From: Porphyridium purpureum
Taxonomy: Eukaryota
Direction: 5' to 3'
DNA: 64,000 bases
Assembly: GCA_008690995.1 (NCBI GenBank)
Contig: VRMN01000003.1
Location: forward strand, 1,612,001 to 1,676,000
A model generated the notes under the pieces. It was given only the letters and a program-made list of their open reading frames with translations, was not told the DNA's origin and ran no database searches. The stretch's first letter is position 1. Every line of letters begins with the position of its first letter. Shown piece by piece: positions 44,076 to 55,483 of the stretch. Position numbers and translations under genes: made by a program.

Positions 44076-44951
44076 ATGGGAAATAATAAGAAGAAGGGCG
44101 GGATGAACGCTGCGCCCGCCCCGGCCGCCGCGGACAAGCACGCCGGCGCGCTGGCGGACGCAAAGAAGGTCGAGGCAAAGGTGGTCGCCGCGCGCGCAGC
44201 CGAGGCGCCTGTCAAGCCCGCAAAGATGCAGGATGTGCCGGACTCAGAGGAGGACGATGACATGGATATGGAGCAGTACTACGATGGCGAGGGCATGGAA
44301 GACGATGAGGATGACGACGACGACGGCTTGGACGAAGAGACGCTCTTCTGGGGAGTCACGTTGAAGCCGGATACAAAGGAGTCGATTGTGATGGACAGAA
44401 ATGAGACTCTCGTGCTGAGCATGGTATCCCTGACACCGGAGCTGAATGACAAGGCTGGCAGGACGTGCCTCCAGATCGCCATCAACGACGAGGAGTTTAC
44501 ACTCGCCGTTCTGCTCGCGGGTAAAGCCGAATCAGTGCCGCTGAACCTGACATTGAGCAACGGAGACCAAGTTGAACTCTGGGTAACTGGGAAGAACGCC
44601 GCGTGCGTGACTGGAAACCTGTCTGTGCAGTTCGATCCGGAAGATATCAGCCAGTACTACGGTGGAATGGATGACGAGTTGGACGAGGACTCGGACGATG
44701 AGCCCGATGAGGCTGAGGTACCACCTCCAAAGCCGGCGGCAAAAGTTGAAGAAGTAGATTCCGATGACGATGCGGAAGCCGACGGCTCTGAGGAGTCCGA
44801 GGAAGAGGAGGAAGAATTGGAAGAGGAGCCGATTCCTTCGAAAAAGCCCATGCCGTCGTCCAAGGGTGCCACTCCGGCCAAGAAGCGTGGCGGCAACTCG
44901 GCTGCCAGCACACCGGGTGGCTCACATAAGAAGAGCAAGCATAAGCACTAG
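44076..44951 (+). CDS. Nucleoplasmin-like (NPL) domain acidic histone chaperone
   Basis: FWGVTLKP...LSMVSL...FTLAVL...VPLNLTL...VELWVTGKNAACVTGN, flanked by D/E tracts and a basic NLS-like tail. No FKBP domain. ATG 44076. Confidence 0.82.
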   Translation: MGNNKKKGGMNAAPAPAAADKHAGALADAKKVEAKVVAARAAEAPVKPAKMQDVPDSEEDDDMDMEQYYDGEGMEDDEDDDDDGLDEETLFWGVTLKPDTKESIVMDRNETLVLSMVSLTPELNDKAGRTCLQIAINDEEFTLAVLLAGKAESVPLNLTLSNGDQVELWVTGKNAACVTGNLSVQFDPEDISQYYGGMDDELDEDSDDEPDEAEVPPPKPAAKVEEVDSDDDAEADGSEESEEEEEELEEEPIPSKKPMPSSKGATPAKKRGGNSAASTPGGSHKKSKHKH

Positions 44952-45749
44952 AGAGCCCTCTACTCGATCACTCGATTTTCGTTGGTGCTCGAGAAATGCT
45001 TTGGTAACCTTTTTGTAGTAGTCGTATCCTTCTTCTTTTGATTGTTCTTGACTAGAAATTTCATGTTGTACCGGAATTGATACCTAGACTTTCGCGTGGA
45101 TTGAGTCCTTTGGACGGAGATCTGGGGACTAGTAGTGCCACCCTTTAGTTCATGCTGCGGGTTTGGCAGAGCATCGTCGACCTGTCAACAGGCCTTGCAG
45201 CACGTTAGTACACATTTGTCTCTTGCTGCCAAAGAAGCTCGGATCTCAAACCTCTTGCAATTTTCCGCTTAGACTCTTGTCACTGCTGGCGCGGCTTTAG
45301 CATATACCTGCCAGTTGCATCTGCTTGAGCCCCCGTCTCCATCGCCGTTCTCTTCTTGAAGCTTCAAAGCGTCTGCCAAGCTGGCCAATGCCCGTCGACC
45401 AGTCTTCTGATTATCTGCAGCCGTCCATGTCACGCTCAACGCAACAAACCTACTTCTTTCTCGGGCCCGACCCGTTCGCACTGAATGTTTAACATGGTCG
45501 CGAGGCGTCGCAGAATTCCACAGCGCGGACCAGACGGAGCCAATCTCCTCCCATCATCTCCTTGCAAGCCGCTGGAGAACAGAGAGCGACGTCACGAGAA
45601 ACCTCTCCTTGTCGGCATATCTCAAGTGTGACTGTACACCGACCTCCGCAAAATGTGCGCGCCGGAGGTCGAGACGACGGCCAACTTTGACGTGCGCGGC
45701 TCAGACCTTGCGCAGTCGCAGAGCAAAAAAAAAAAACAATCGCAGCGCC

Positions 45750-46514
45750 ATGAAGGTCGCGATCGTGGGCTTTGGGACGTTTGGACAGTTCCTGGCGAAA
45801 ACATTTGTGAAGCAGGGTCATGTGGTTGTAGGGCAGAGCCGGTCGGACTACTCGGACGCGGCGAAAGAGCTGGGCGCCGAGTATGTAAGTTCTGCGGCCG
45901 AGTTGTTGGCGAGACAACCAGATGTGCTGATTCTGTGCACATCCATTATGTCCACGCGTACGGTGCTCGAGCGTTTTCCACTCGACCAGCTCCAGGACGT
46001 GCTGGTGGTCGACGTGCTTAGTGTCAAAGTGTACCCAAAGCGGCTGATGCTGGACATGCTTCCCGCACAGGCGGACATTTTGTGCACGCATCCAATGTTC
46101 GGCCCAGACAGCGGTAAGTACTCGTGGAAAGGACTCCCGTTTGTATACGAGGCAGTGCGCATCGCAAATCAACCACGCTGTGCCGAGTTCTTGCGCATCT
46201 GGGAGCTCGAGGGTTGCTCCATGGTTCAAATGAGCTGCGAAACGCACGACGATCATGCAGCGTCGACCCAGTTTGTTACGCATCTCACGGGCCGCACCTT
46301 GGCGAATCTTGAGCTCAAGAGCACGCCAATCAACACAAGAGGCTACATGAGCCTGCTTGGTGTGGTTGAGACAACGTGCAATGACAGCTTCGATCTTTTC
46401 TACGGGTTGTACAAGTACAATCCGAACAGCGTGGCTCAACTAGACCGACTAGAAAAGTCTCTCAAACAAGTGCGTGCGCAATTGGAGGCGTACGAGCAGG
46501 CGCAGCAAAAGTGA
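45750..46514 (+). CDS. tyrA: Plant-type arogenate dehydrogenase (TyrA family), probably NADP-dependent
   Basis: KVAIVGFGTFGQFLA, SRS, VDVLSVK, DILCTHPMFGPDSGK, HDDHAASTQFVTH, STPINTRGY, DSFDLFYGL. Confidence 0.92.
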   Translation: MKVAIVGFGTFGQFLAKTFVKQGHVVVGQSRSDYSDAAKELGAEYVSSAAELLARQPDVLILCTSIMSTRTVLERFPLDQLQDVLVVDVLSVKVYPKRLMLDMLPAQADILCTHPMFGPDSGKYSWKGLPFVYEAVRIANQPRCAEFLRIWELEGCSMVQMSCETHDDHAASTQFVTHLTGRTLANLELKSTPINTRGYMSLLGVVETTCNDSFDLFYGLYKYNPNSVAQLDRLEKSLKQVRAQLEAYEQAQQK

Positions 46515-46726
46515 GACTCCGACACGCCCAGAAGACGACTCGCGCGGATCCTGATCCGCGGCCCGCAAGAGAAATTTGGTACAAGCGTATGCCCTTTATC
46601 AGAAACCTACATCGAATCAAACTCTTCTAATAAAGTGAGCGCAGCATAAAATCAAACCAGACGAATCGTACAAAAGCAAGAACAAATTGCGGAGACAAGC
46701 AGCGTGCCATCTGGCAGGAGCTTATC

Positions 46727-49700
46727 CTACTCCACGCCTTCAATGCGGTCCTCTACTTCCTGATAGAGTTCACGCAGCTTATCAAGATTGTCTTCCGAGG
46801 TCTCCCAATACCCTCGCCCGTTCGCCTCTAGCAAAGTGGTGACCATGTCACGGAACGAGTTCGGGTTCAAGTCCATCAGTCGCTTCTGCATTTCTGCGTC
46901 CTTCATGAACGTCTCGTTTGCGTCCTCATACACCCAATTGTCCACCGCGCCGGCGGTTGCCGACCAGCCCATCGTGTTTCGCAGCCGCTTGCTGAGTTCA
47001 CGCGCACCTTCGTAGCCCGAGGAAAGCATTCCTTCATACCATTTCGGGTTCAAGAGCTTGGTACGCGTGTCCAGGCGAACAGTCTCAGACAGCGTGCGGA
47101 CTTGCGCGTTGGCAGTAGTGGTGTCGGCAACGAACGAGGCCGGCTTCTTCCCATCCTTGCGAAGGCTCTGAACAAGCTTGGTTGGATCCGAGTCAAAGTA
47201 GTGGCTCACATCCGTCAGCGAGATTTCGCTGGAATCCAAATTCTGGAACGTAAGGTCAACAGTAGCCATCGACTTGGTGAAGATCTCAGTGCTCTGTGTC
47301 ATCATTCCGGGCGTGTCCGAGTTGAACGCAAACGCCTTACGCGACACGTACATATCCTGCAACTGCTTTTCGTCCTCCCAACCTCCATTCTCGATGGTCA
47401 GCGACACGTTCGACGAGTAAGAGCCAGACGCGTTCGAGAACACGCGGCACGCAGCGTCGCGAATGGACAATCCCATCTCCTCGGCCTGCGCTCGAGCGTG
47501 TTTGCGCACAAAGTTTACCTCATCCGGCTCGTCCGCCTCGGCCGCCATCTTGACTGCCCGGTCTAGAAGAGCCATTTGGTTGATGAACAAGTCGCGGAAC
47601 ACTCCAGAGCAGTTCACTACAACATCGATGCGCGGACGGCCGAGTTCCTCGATAGGAACCAACTCGAGCTTGCTGATGCGGCCGATCTGGTCGGGCATCG
47701 GCTTAACACCAACCATCCACAGCACTTGCGCCAGGGACTCTCCATAGGTCTTGATATTGTCCGTTCCCCACAGAACCAGACCGATGGTTTCTGGGTATAC
47801 TCCGCCGTTGTCCTGTCGTTGACGCTCCAATAGACGATCAACCACGAGCTTTGCCGAGTCCACGGCGGCCGCGGTCGGGATGCTCTGAGGATCCAACGCG
47901 TGCAAGTTCTTTCCGGTCGGCAACACGTCTGGGTTTCGGATCGGATCACCCCCCGGGCCAGGAATGATGTACTTGCCATCAAGCGCATCAACCAATGCCC
48001 CAAGCTCGTTGTCGCGCACCACTTCACCCAGGCACACCTGCAAGTACTGGAAAAGCGGCGTGAGGTCCTCCTCGGCGCAATCCTTGAATCCGTTCTGCGC
48101 GAGTGCCTGCTTCCACGGCGACTGGAAACCCATAATGCGGCTCATGAACTTTGAAAAATCAAAGGCGGCGACCGCCGCGATGCGCCCTTGTTGGTTGGTT
48201 GATGCGTCGACACATGCCTTCACGGCCGCACGGCTTGCCATGGTAATATCTTGGAGAAGCTGGACATCATCGAGGACACCGCGATCGCTGTTCCCGTAAA
48301 TGTCGTCAATGTTGCGACCAACCGACTCAGCAATGATGCGAGGCAGCGACTTGATCCCCTTCTCGCCCTCCTCTGGGCGGTCCAGACCAGCAATGTTCAC
48401 CAAAGTGGCGACGGCCTCAGGGGCCGACGGCGGCTCGCCAATCGTGTGCAAACCACACGGCAAGAGCCTGCTTTCAATTTCGATAAGCTTCTTGTAGACC
48501 GAACCCACAATGCGATCACGCTGCTCCGGCTCAAGTTCGCGCGAGTCAACCTCCGGGAGATCAACGTCCCGTTCCATATTGCATTGACGCGCCTTTTCAA
48601 CAATCACATTGACGATCGAGACCGCACGTCCAGAGTTCTTTGCACCCTGATACGAGGCGACCAATTCAGAGAGTTCCTTCAGACCCTTGTAGAGACCCGC
48701 GTTTTCGGCCGGCGGAGTAAGGTACGAAATGGTCCCGGCGTACGAGCGGCGCTTGGCGATGGTCGCCTCGCTCGGGTTGTTCGCAGCGTAGTAGTACAAG
48801 TTTGGAAGCGAGCAAATCAGCTTGTCCGGGTAGCAGTTTCCTGACATACCTACCTGCTTTCCAGGCATGAATTCAAGTGATCCATGTGTACCAAAGTGAA
48901 GCACAGCATCAGCCTTGAACACCGACTCGAGGTAGGCGTAGAATGCAGCAAAGCCGTGATGCGGCGACGCCGACTTGCTGAACAACAACCGCATTGGATC
49001 GCCTTCATAACCAAAGGTAGGTTGCACGCCAATGAAAACATTCCCGAACTGCTTGCCATACACGAGCAGGTTCTTTCCGTCAGTGTTAAGGTGGCCTGGT
49101 GGGGGACCCCAGTTCTCATGCAGAGACTCTTGGTACGTACAGATTTCCGAGTACTCGCTGACGGGCATGCGATAGGCCACGTTCATTTCAGGGGAGCTGA
49201 TCTTGGCCTCGCGATCGTGGATGACTTCCTCCATTAGCGCTCCGCTGTTCGCCGGCAGGTCTCCCACCGTGTAGCCCTGTGTCTTCAGGCCCTCGAGCAC
49301 CTTGTAGATTGAGCCGAACACATCAAGATACGCCGCCGTGCCCACGTTGCCCTTATCCGGAGGGAAAGAAAACACCGTCACCGCGACTTTCTTTTCGGCG
49401 TTCTTCTTTCGGCGCAGCGAGGCCCACTTGAGCGATCGGTCCGCAATGTTCGTGATGCGGTCCTGCATCGGAATCGAGCGGCCGGTCAGGCCATCGCGAC
49501 CGGCGAAGATCACGGGTTCCAACGCACCGTCAATCTCTGGAAGCGATACCTGCAGGGCAACCTGGATGGGGTGAAGACCGAGCTCCGACTCGAGCCATTC
49601 CTCCGTGGTCTGGAACACCAAGGGCAAGCAGCACAGGTAGGGGCGGTTCAGGCGCTTGAGCGCGTTGATCGCCTTCGGGTGATCCTGCTTCGCTGGTCCG

Positions 49701-50896
49701 CCGACAAGCGCAAAACCAGTCAGTGACACCACGCAGTCTACGTTCGCTTCCTCTGTGCCTGGGTGGTAAAAGTACTTGTTCATCGGTACGCTAAAGTCGA
49801 GCCCTCCGGCGAAGACCGGCAGCACCCGCGCGCCGCGAGACTCATATTCGGCCACCAGCGAAACATAGTGGCAGTCGTCCTTGGTGATCATGTGCGAGCG
49901 CTGCAGCACCATACCGATCACTGGGGCGTCCTTGCGGATGCCGGCCTCTGGCATGTGCACATTCTCGTACCAGTCCTGATACTCCGCGAGGGTTTCAAAC
50001 ATGCGCGGAGCAACCGGGTGCCACAGCCCGACGTCGGGAAAAACTACTGGTTCGGCGATCTTGTGATCCGATGCAGGCATGTCAGGCACGTAACGCTCTG
50101 CAATCATGAGCAAGAAGTTTTCGATGTTTTCCGGCGAGCCGCCGAGCCAGTACTGGAAAGACTGCATGAATGCGCGCGCGTCCTGTGCCTTGTCTGACGG
50201 CAGGTACTTCAGAACCTTTGGTAAGGTTCGCAGTAACTTGAGCATGCCATCCTCAAAGGAAGCGCCCGAATCCTTCTTCTTCTTTTTCATGAACGATGCC
50301 ATCGCGCTCTTGCTCTGGCCGAGCTGCGCCATGGAGAATGTGCCGAGCTTGTTCAGACGCATAACCTCGGGCATGGATGGGAAGACCACGCAGGCGTCGA
50401 GGCGGTCTCGCTGCGGCTCCACGGCCGCCTTCACCTTGTCGGCGAGCTCTTGAACGAAAATGAGTGAACCGATGAACACATTGGCGTCTTCCAGGTCCTT
50501 CTTGAACATCTGGTAGTTTTCCTCGGACCGCAGCTCTTCGACCAGGTAGCCGCACACCTCGTACGAGATACCCTTCTGCGTGGCGTTCAGGTTCTTGGCC
50601 GCCGCGGTCATCGTCGACTGGTACTGCGACTCGAGCACGACGTACACCACCTTGACCCTCTTGCGCGTGTCCGTATCGTCCGGCTTGACCTTGCGCACGG
50701 AGGGACTCGACGCCGTGAACAGGCCGGCCTGTTGCATGCTGACGACACCCGTGGTCGTGCCCACGCGCCGTGACGACGGCGCCCGCCACGAAGCGGCGGA
50801 GCTGGAACCCACGCCAGCACTGCCTAGGCTGTCCGACGAAGCCGCAACGGCCGCGCCCCATGACAACCCGGAGGTTGTCGGCACGAACGCCGCCAT
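46727..50896 (-). CDS. chlH: Magnesium chelatase subunit H, plastid-targeted
   Basis: [91 protein letters not shown] transit peptide at ATG 50896. Confidence 0.98.
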   Translation of the reverse strand: MAAFVPTTSGLSWGAAVAASSDSLGSAGVGSSSAASWRAPSSRRVGTTTGVVSMQQAGLFTASSPSVRKVKPDDTDTRKRVKVVYVVLESQYQSTMTAAAKNLNATQKGISYEVCGYLVEELRSEENYQMFKKDLEDANVFIGSLIFVQELADKVKAAVEPQRDRLDACVVFPSMPEVMRLNKLGTFSMAQLGQSKSAMASFMKKKKKDSGASFEDGMLKLLRTLPKVLKYLPSDKAQDARAFMQSFQYWLGGSPENIENFLLMIAERYVPDMPASDHKIAEPVVFPDVGLWHPVAPRMFETLAEYQDWYENVHMPEAGIRKDAPVIGMVLQRSHMITKDDCHYVSLVAEYESRGARVLPVFAGGLDFSVPMNKYFYHPGTEEANVDCVVSLTGFALVGGPAKQDHPKAINALKRLNRPYLCCLPLVFQTTEEWLESELGLHPIQVALQVSLPEIDGALEPVIFAGRDGLTGRSIPMQDRITNIADRSLKWASLRRKKNAEKKVAVTVFSFPPDKGNVGTAAYLDVFGSIYKVLEGLKTQGYTVGDLPANSGALMEEVIHDREAKISSPEMNVAYRMPVSEYSEICTYQESLHENWGPPPGHLNTDGKNLLVYGKQFGNVFIGVQPTFGYEGDPMRLLFSKSASPHHGFAAFYAYLESVFKADAVLHFGTHGSLEFMPGKQVGMSGNCYPDKLICSLPNLYYYAANNPSEATIAKRRSYAGTISYLTPPAENAGLYKGLKELSELVASYQGAKNSGRAVSIVNVIVEKARQCNMERDVDLPEVDSRELEPEQRDRIVGSVYKKLIEIESRLLPCGLHTIGEPPSAPEAVATLVNIAGLDRPEEGEKGIKSLPRIIAESVGRNIDDIYGNSDRGVLDDVQLLQDITMASRAAVKACVDASTNQQGRIAAVAAFDFSKFMSRIMGFQSPWKQALAQNGFKDCAEEDLTPLFQYLQVCLGEVVRDNELGALVDALDGKYIIPGPGGDPIRNPDVLPTGKNLHALDPQSIPTAAAVDSAKLVVDRLLERQRQDNGGVYPETIGLVLWGTDNIKTYGESLAQVLWMVGVKPMPDQIGRISKLELVPIEELGRPRIDVVVNCSGVFRDLFINQMALLDRAVKMAAEADEPDEVNFVRKHARAQAEEMGLSIRDAACRVFSNASGSYSSNVSLTIENGGWEDEKQLQDMYVSRKAFAFNSDTPGMMTQSTEIFTKSMATVDLTFQNLDSSEISLTDVSHYFDSDPTKLVQSLRKDGKKPASFVADTTTANAQVRTLSETVRLDTRTKLLNPKWYEGMLSSGYEGARELSKRLRNTMGWSATAGAVDNWVYEDANETFMKDAEMQKRLMDLNPNSFRDMVTTLLEANGRGYWETSEDNLDKLRELYQEVEDRIEGVE

Positions 50897-51400
50897 TCCC
50901 ACGCCGCCGTTCCTCGAGCTCCGATCTATGCCGAGCCTCTCCTCACCCACCGCCCAGCGAGCCCGAACCCACGCGCTCTTCCACAAAGTCCGATCGTCCA
51001 GCTATCGTGCTCCTCTCCCCTCAACCATTCACCTGTGCGCGACGCTAATGCCTTTTATACTTGGACATCCACCATCCACGCTCTTTACGCACTCTCACCC
51101 AATCCGCGGCACCACCACCACCACCACTGCGGGTCTCCACTGTCCACCACCAACCGCAGTCGCACCAGCCGCAGCAGCAGCAGCAGCAGATCAACCCAAC
51201 CCAAACACACAGAGACGCGCGCTCGCGGGATATTTCATATTACCGCCGCGTCGTTTACATATAAACGCTCGCGCACGCCGAGTGTGGACCACCAAGGAAC
51301 CATCGCAGCAGCTGTTCTCCCCCTCCCAGACGTATCAAAAGCTGGCTGTGTGCGTCCTTCTGAACCATCAAATGAAACAGCGCCCCGTCCCGCCTAAGGG

Positions 51401-51427
51401 AAAGAACCCAAAGAACCCAAAGAACCC
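51401..51427. repeat. 9-bp tandem repeat (AAAGAACCC)x3
   Basis: Read directly in the chlH upstream region. Confidence 0.8.
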
Positions 51428-52070
51428 AAGAACACAAAACGATTGGAGCACACACACACACAGCCGCCGATGATGCGGTCTAAACACAAACCCACGCTCT
51501 CTCATTCGGAATGAATGAATGAATTAAATCGGCGCGAGCACAAAAAGGATTGTCGCCAGCTCCTTCAACAATGAGCTCATATGGAGGTCACACGACGAGA
51601 TATGCGAGCCCAACGCGCAGGGAGCACACCCAAGAATTCACGACGTGTACAGTGGATTGAAAAGGTGGGGGGGGCGGGGGCGGGGGGAGGGTACAGGTCT
51701 CGGTAACAAAACAAACGAGCGAGATCAGAACATTAGAAGTGTCAGCAGTACTTTATTCTGAGGTGGGTACATGTTTGGAGGTACAGTATAATAAGTGTGT
51801 TAAACATGGGCGTTAAAGAAATGCGCGTGCCGCTGGACAGTGGTGTACAGTGGGGTTCCATGGTGTTCCATGCTTGAAGCGGCAGGCCCGAATCCTGAAG
51901 CTGTGCGATTGGCGCTGCTGCAGGAATGCGCGATCGGTTGCTAGTAAGGCTAGGCCGGTTTGATATGAAAGGCCGCGGTTTGGAGCAGACGGGTTCAGAG
52001 CGACGCGCAATCATGGTGTGGTGACCATTGGCGTTAGAGGGCGGCGTTGGGACGGTTGATGGCTGCCTGG

Positions 52071-52076
<6 letters not shown>

Positions 52077-52102
<26 letters not shown>
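52077..52102. repeat. (GT)n microsatellite
   Basis: About 13 GT units; a shorter GT run lies near 43998. Confidence 0.9.
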
Positions 52103-52103
<1 letters not shown>

Positions 52104-52358
52104 GTGTTGTGCAGAGCAGCGGTATCAAGGTCGAGCGATCTCGAGCACGCGCGCGTGGAGGGGTAAAGGCTGGTCTTCGTGGCGACGCGGTGTGGTGTGT
52201 TGGGCGAAGACGCGTGCGCTTCAGCACCGACGTGGATTGGGGTGATCGGTTTCGCGGCGTGTGAGCAGATCGGGCCCGTCGCTTAGCGCACCAGCCGCAA
52301 ACGTGGGCCGTGTTGGGGAGCGGACGGCAGAGCGGCAAGCAGCGGATTGCTGGACAGG

Positions 52359-53213
52359 ATGATGGGGGAGGGAGTGGCGGAGCTCGTCGAGGGCGTCGTG
52401 CGGACCGCGTCCGACTCGGCCGCCGCGGCGGTGTCCGAGTCGCCGCACATTGATGCCACGCGCGCCTTCCACATCTGCCTTTATATCCTGGCAATTGAGG
52501 CGTTTCTCTTCTTCGCCGTGATTTCGCAGACAAAATCTCAGGAACCGGGCGCGCACGGCGGTATTGCTCACAGTTTTGGGTTGCTTTTTCTGTTCCAGTC
52601 GCTGGGCGCTTTGTTCCTGGTGCTCGGATCCCAGTTCTACCAAAAAGTCACCATCTCGTTGTACCTGTCCCTCGTATCCTCCGCAGCGTTTGTCTTTACC
52701 GCAGTGCTGTGCATTCCGGCTGCCGCTTCCATTTGCGTACCCGAGGCACGTCGACGATCGTGGAAGACGGTCGCTGCCCTGGTTTTCCTCGCGTTTGTTG
52801 TATGCGATGCATTCTTCCTGTCGCCAAAGCTCAAGGCAGGAATCGAGATTCCGTTCATTCCCATTTCAGTTCGAAAGCAGATCCTGGGCTCCATCGTCGG
52901 CGGTATCTCCTCCATTTTGCTTTCTTGTCTGATCCGTATGCTACGGTCGCTCAAGGGACGCAACGGCGCGCTGGTCTTGTTTGTGGGCACTCTGCTGGTC
53001 ACCGCGGGAGGTATCGTGTGGGCTCACATGGAGCCGCTGTGCGACGCCAGCACGATCAAGCCGTGGCCCAGCAGCTGCCCGATGCCGCGTACCTTTGACC
53101 ACAATGTGCTGATGGGCGTCATCATTCTTTTCGGAAACATTTTGGCCACCGAAGGCATTCTCCGATTGATGGCGGCAGGTGCGGGCACGGAGGGTTACGT
53201 TGTGATTGAATAG
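52359..53213 (+). CDS. Uncharacterised polytopic membrane protein (about 7 TM)
   Basis: About seven hydrophobic helices, coding-like codon use, C...CP...FDHN before the last helix. Confidence 0.7.
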   Translation: MMGEGVAELVEGVVRTASDSAAAAVSESPHIDATRAFHICLYILAIEAFLFFAVISQTKSQEPGAHGGIAHSFGLLFLFQSLGALFLVLGSQFYQKVTISLYLSLVSSAAFVFTAVLCIPAAASICVPEARRRSWKTVAALVFLAFVVCDAFFLSPKLKAGIEIPFIPISVRKQILGSIVGGISSILLSCLIRMLRSLKGRNGALVLFVGTLLVTAGGIVWAHMEPLCDASTIKPWPSSCPMPRTFDHNVLMGVIILFGNILATEGILRLMAAGAGTEGYVVIE

Positions 53214-53578
53214 TTGCGGCATCTGAGGTCCGTGCTTGCTGATCCTCTTCTTGCTCTATTTGTTTTCCTCTTAATGCGTCGGTCGCTGTTGCCTCTGCAC
53301 GTGGTCCGGTTGCTGCTGTATGTTTAGACATGATCGCCATGTCGTCACACGTCGGAAAGGGTCAAAGTATATAAAGGACGCTGCTCGCACCAGTATGTTA
53401 TAACGAAAAACCGTGCGCAAAATACAATGTCTCAGCCACACCGCCGCGACGCCTCTTTGTGGCAAGCGTCTTTGGCCCTTCCCACATGGTCCAAGTTTTC
53501 TGGAAGAGACTGCTGAGACGGGCTTTGAATGGCGGTCTCTGGTTAAGTGGCATTGCTTTTATCTGTCGTGCATTAACA

Positions 53579-54373
53579 ATGTGCGAGAAGTCGTTCAGAA
53601 CGCAGTTATGCGCTTTGTGTCGCACCCATGCCCGGCGAACGCGCGTGCGGTGGTATGACGGGAAGAGCTGCCACGTTGCATGCTTGAGACGGGGTTTGCT
53701 CGAGCTTCGGAACGATATGCTCCATGGCACGGACGACGAGTACAAGTGTGCGATTTGCGGGCTCAAGTCACCATCGTGCATCATTGCTTGTGATTCTGCA
53801 GGTTGTGCCGCGAGAATGCATCTGTCCTGCGCTCCCAGCGGCAACCAGCACGTGCAGAAGAACGGCACCTTGAGCGTGGTTTGCCCCCGCCATAGTGGAT
53901 CAACGGACACCTCGTGTCCACTTTTGCTTACGCCGGAGCATTCACGACAAAACCAATCGTTCTCGGGCTCTGAGGATGCGGCAAACCGAGTGTCGGACAT
54001 TGACCTACCCACGACCCATGGAGTGCGGTTGCCAACTGCAGGTCACCGTGCAGGAAAAGGCCAGCGCCAGACACGGCGCATGAACAAGGGCGCGCAGCAT
54101 TCAAGGTCGGCTGTTCGCACAGGTGCTCATAAGGATGAAAAGGCGCAGCACTCGGCACTTGCGACCGACATGGAGCTGCTCCGTAAAGCCGCCTCGACTG
54201 CCTCCACAGGCGTATCCGCCGTGCTCATCGATCGTCCAGAGCTTGACGTACTGCTGAGCCTCCCTGCGTCCTTCTTGTGCGACCCGCAACTGAACTGGAC
54301 CGTTTTATTCTCGCAGACGCTACGGACGGGCTACATGCGCAAGCGACGCGAAATGTCCTGGGGGAAAGTATGA
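53579..54373 (+). CDS. Extended-PHD (ePHD) zinc-finger protein
   Basis: CALC...HVAC...CAICG...CIIAC...GC...HLSCA...CPRH pattern. Start uncertain (ATG 53486 or 53579). Confidence 0.65.
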   Translation: MCEKSFRTQLCALCRTHARRTRVRWYDGKSCHVACLRRGLLELRNDMLHGTDDEYKCAICGLKSPSCIIACDSAGCAARMHLSCAPSGNQHVQKNGTLSVVCPRHSGSTDTSCPLLLTPEHSRQNQSFSGSEDAANRVSDIDLPTTHGVRLPTAGHRAGKGQRQTRRMNKGAQHSRSAVRTGAHKDEKAQHSALATDMELLRKAASTASTGVSAVLIDRPELDVLLSLPASFLCDPQLNWTVLFSQTLRTGYMRKRREMSWGKV

Positions 54374-55483
54374 TGAGCGCTCGGCAATCCGCAAGAGGTC
54401 CAATAAGACGCGTGTAATAACCACATGCCGCTCGTGCCCGCATCTTCTTGCGGTATAATATAATTCTTGTGTGCTTGCGTTTGGGGGCGCGCCTACGCCT
54501 TGGCATGCTTCGCAGCCTCCTGGTCCGCAATGTCAGCCTCCCAAAGCCGATTGTCGCGAGCGTGCAAGTTGCGAGTGAATTGGTCCTTGCCCACTTTTCT
54601 CGGCTGCACTCGGCGACAAAAACCAAAACGGCGCACCAACAACGTGAAGCGCAGACAAACCCGTTGTCATCCAAGTAAAACACCGAAACATCTGGTCAAT
54701 ACCTCATCCATCCGTGAGTCCACCACCGGGCGGCAACAAGATGTTGCCGTGGCCGGCGCTTGTAGCGCAGTCAACGAGACACAGGACTTACCTTTCCGAA
54801 AAACGCCATCGTGAGTTGGTACTGCAGAATCGGGACGGTGCCCAGCGCCACCACCACGATCCCCATCGGGATTGTCGCTTGCAACCACCCCATCTCCACT
54901 CACTCGCGCCAGGTAGACACCCCCTCTCTACGCCCAGCTCCGCTTTCGCTTTCCACGTCTCTTCTGGACGCCGCTTTCCGACCCGCAACCGTGTCCCCAC
55001 CACTTCTCGCCACCAAGCCTCACACCCTTTCCGTCCCATCTGCTTCTCTCAACCTCCTTCGACCGGTTCACGGACAACTCACAAAACCCATCGTGTGACA
55101 GTTAAACATAACATTAATTAACATTTTCTAAACTGTCTGTCAAAACACTTATGTTTTACTATCCCTGCCTGCCTCCCTCTCTTCTAGCGGCAAGTGTGCA
55201 AACCAGAACAAGGTACAGCAGAACAAAGTACAGCATCAAGAGGTACAGTGAGAAGGGGTACAGTGGGTTTTGACCTGACCGTCCAATCCAATAAAACGGG
55301 CACCGTTTGATAGAACAAGCAAGCGGGCGTTGGTTGAATGGTTGATAGTGTGCGCCGGCTACTCCTGTGAGTGTGTGGGTGTGGATGGAAGGGAAGAGAC
55401 AGAGAGAGGGAGAGAGAGGGGAGAGGAGGGTGGGACAGAGACCGACGGAAGCACGTGCGTGGACGTGAGCGCGGAGCAAGGCG

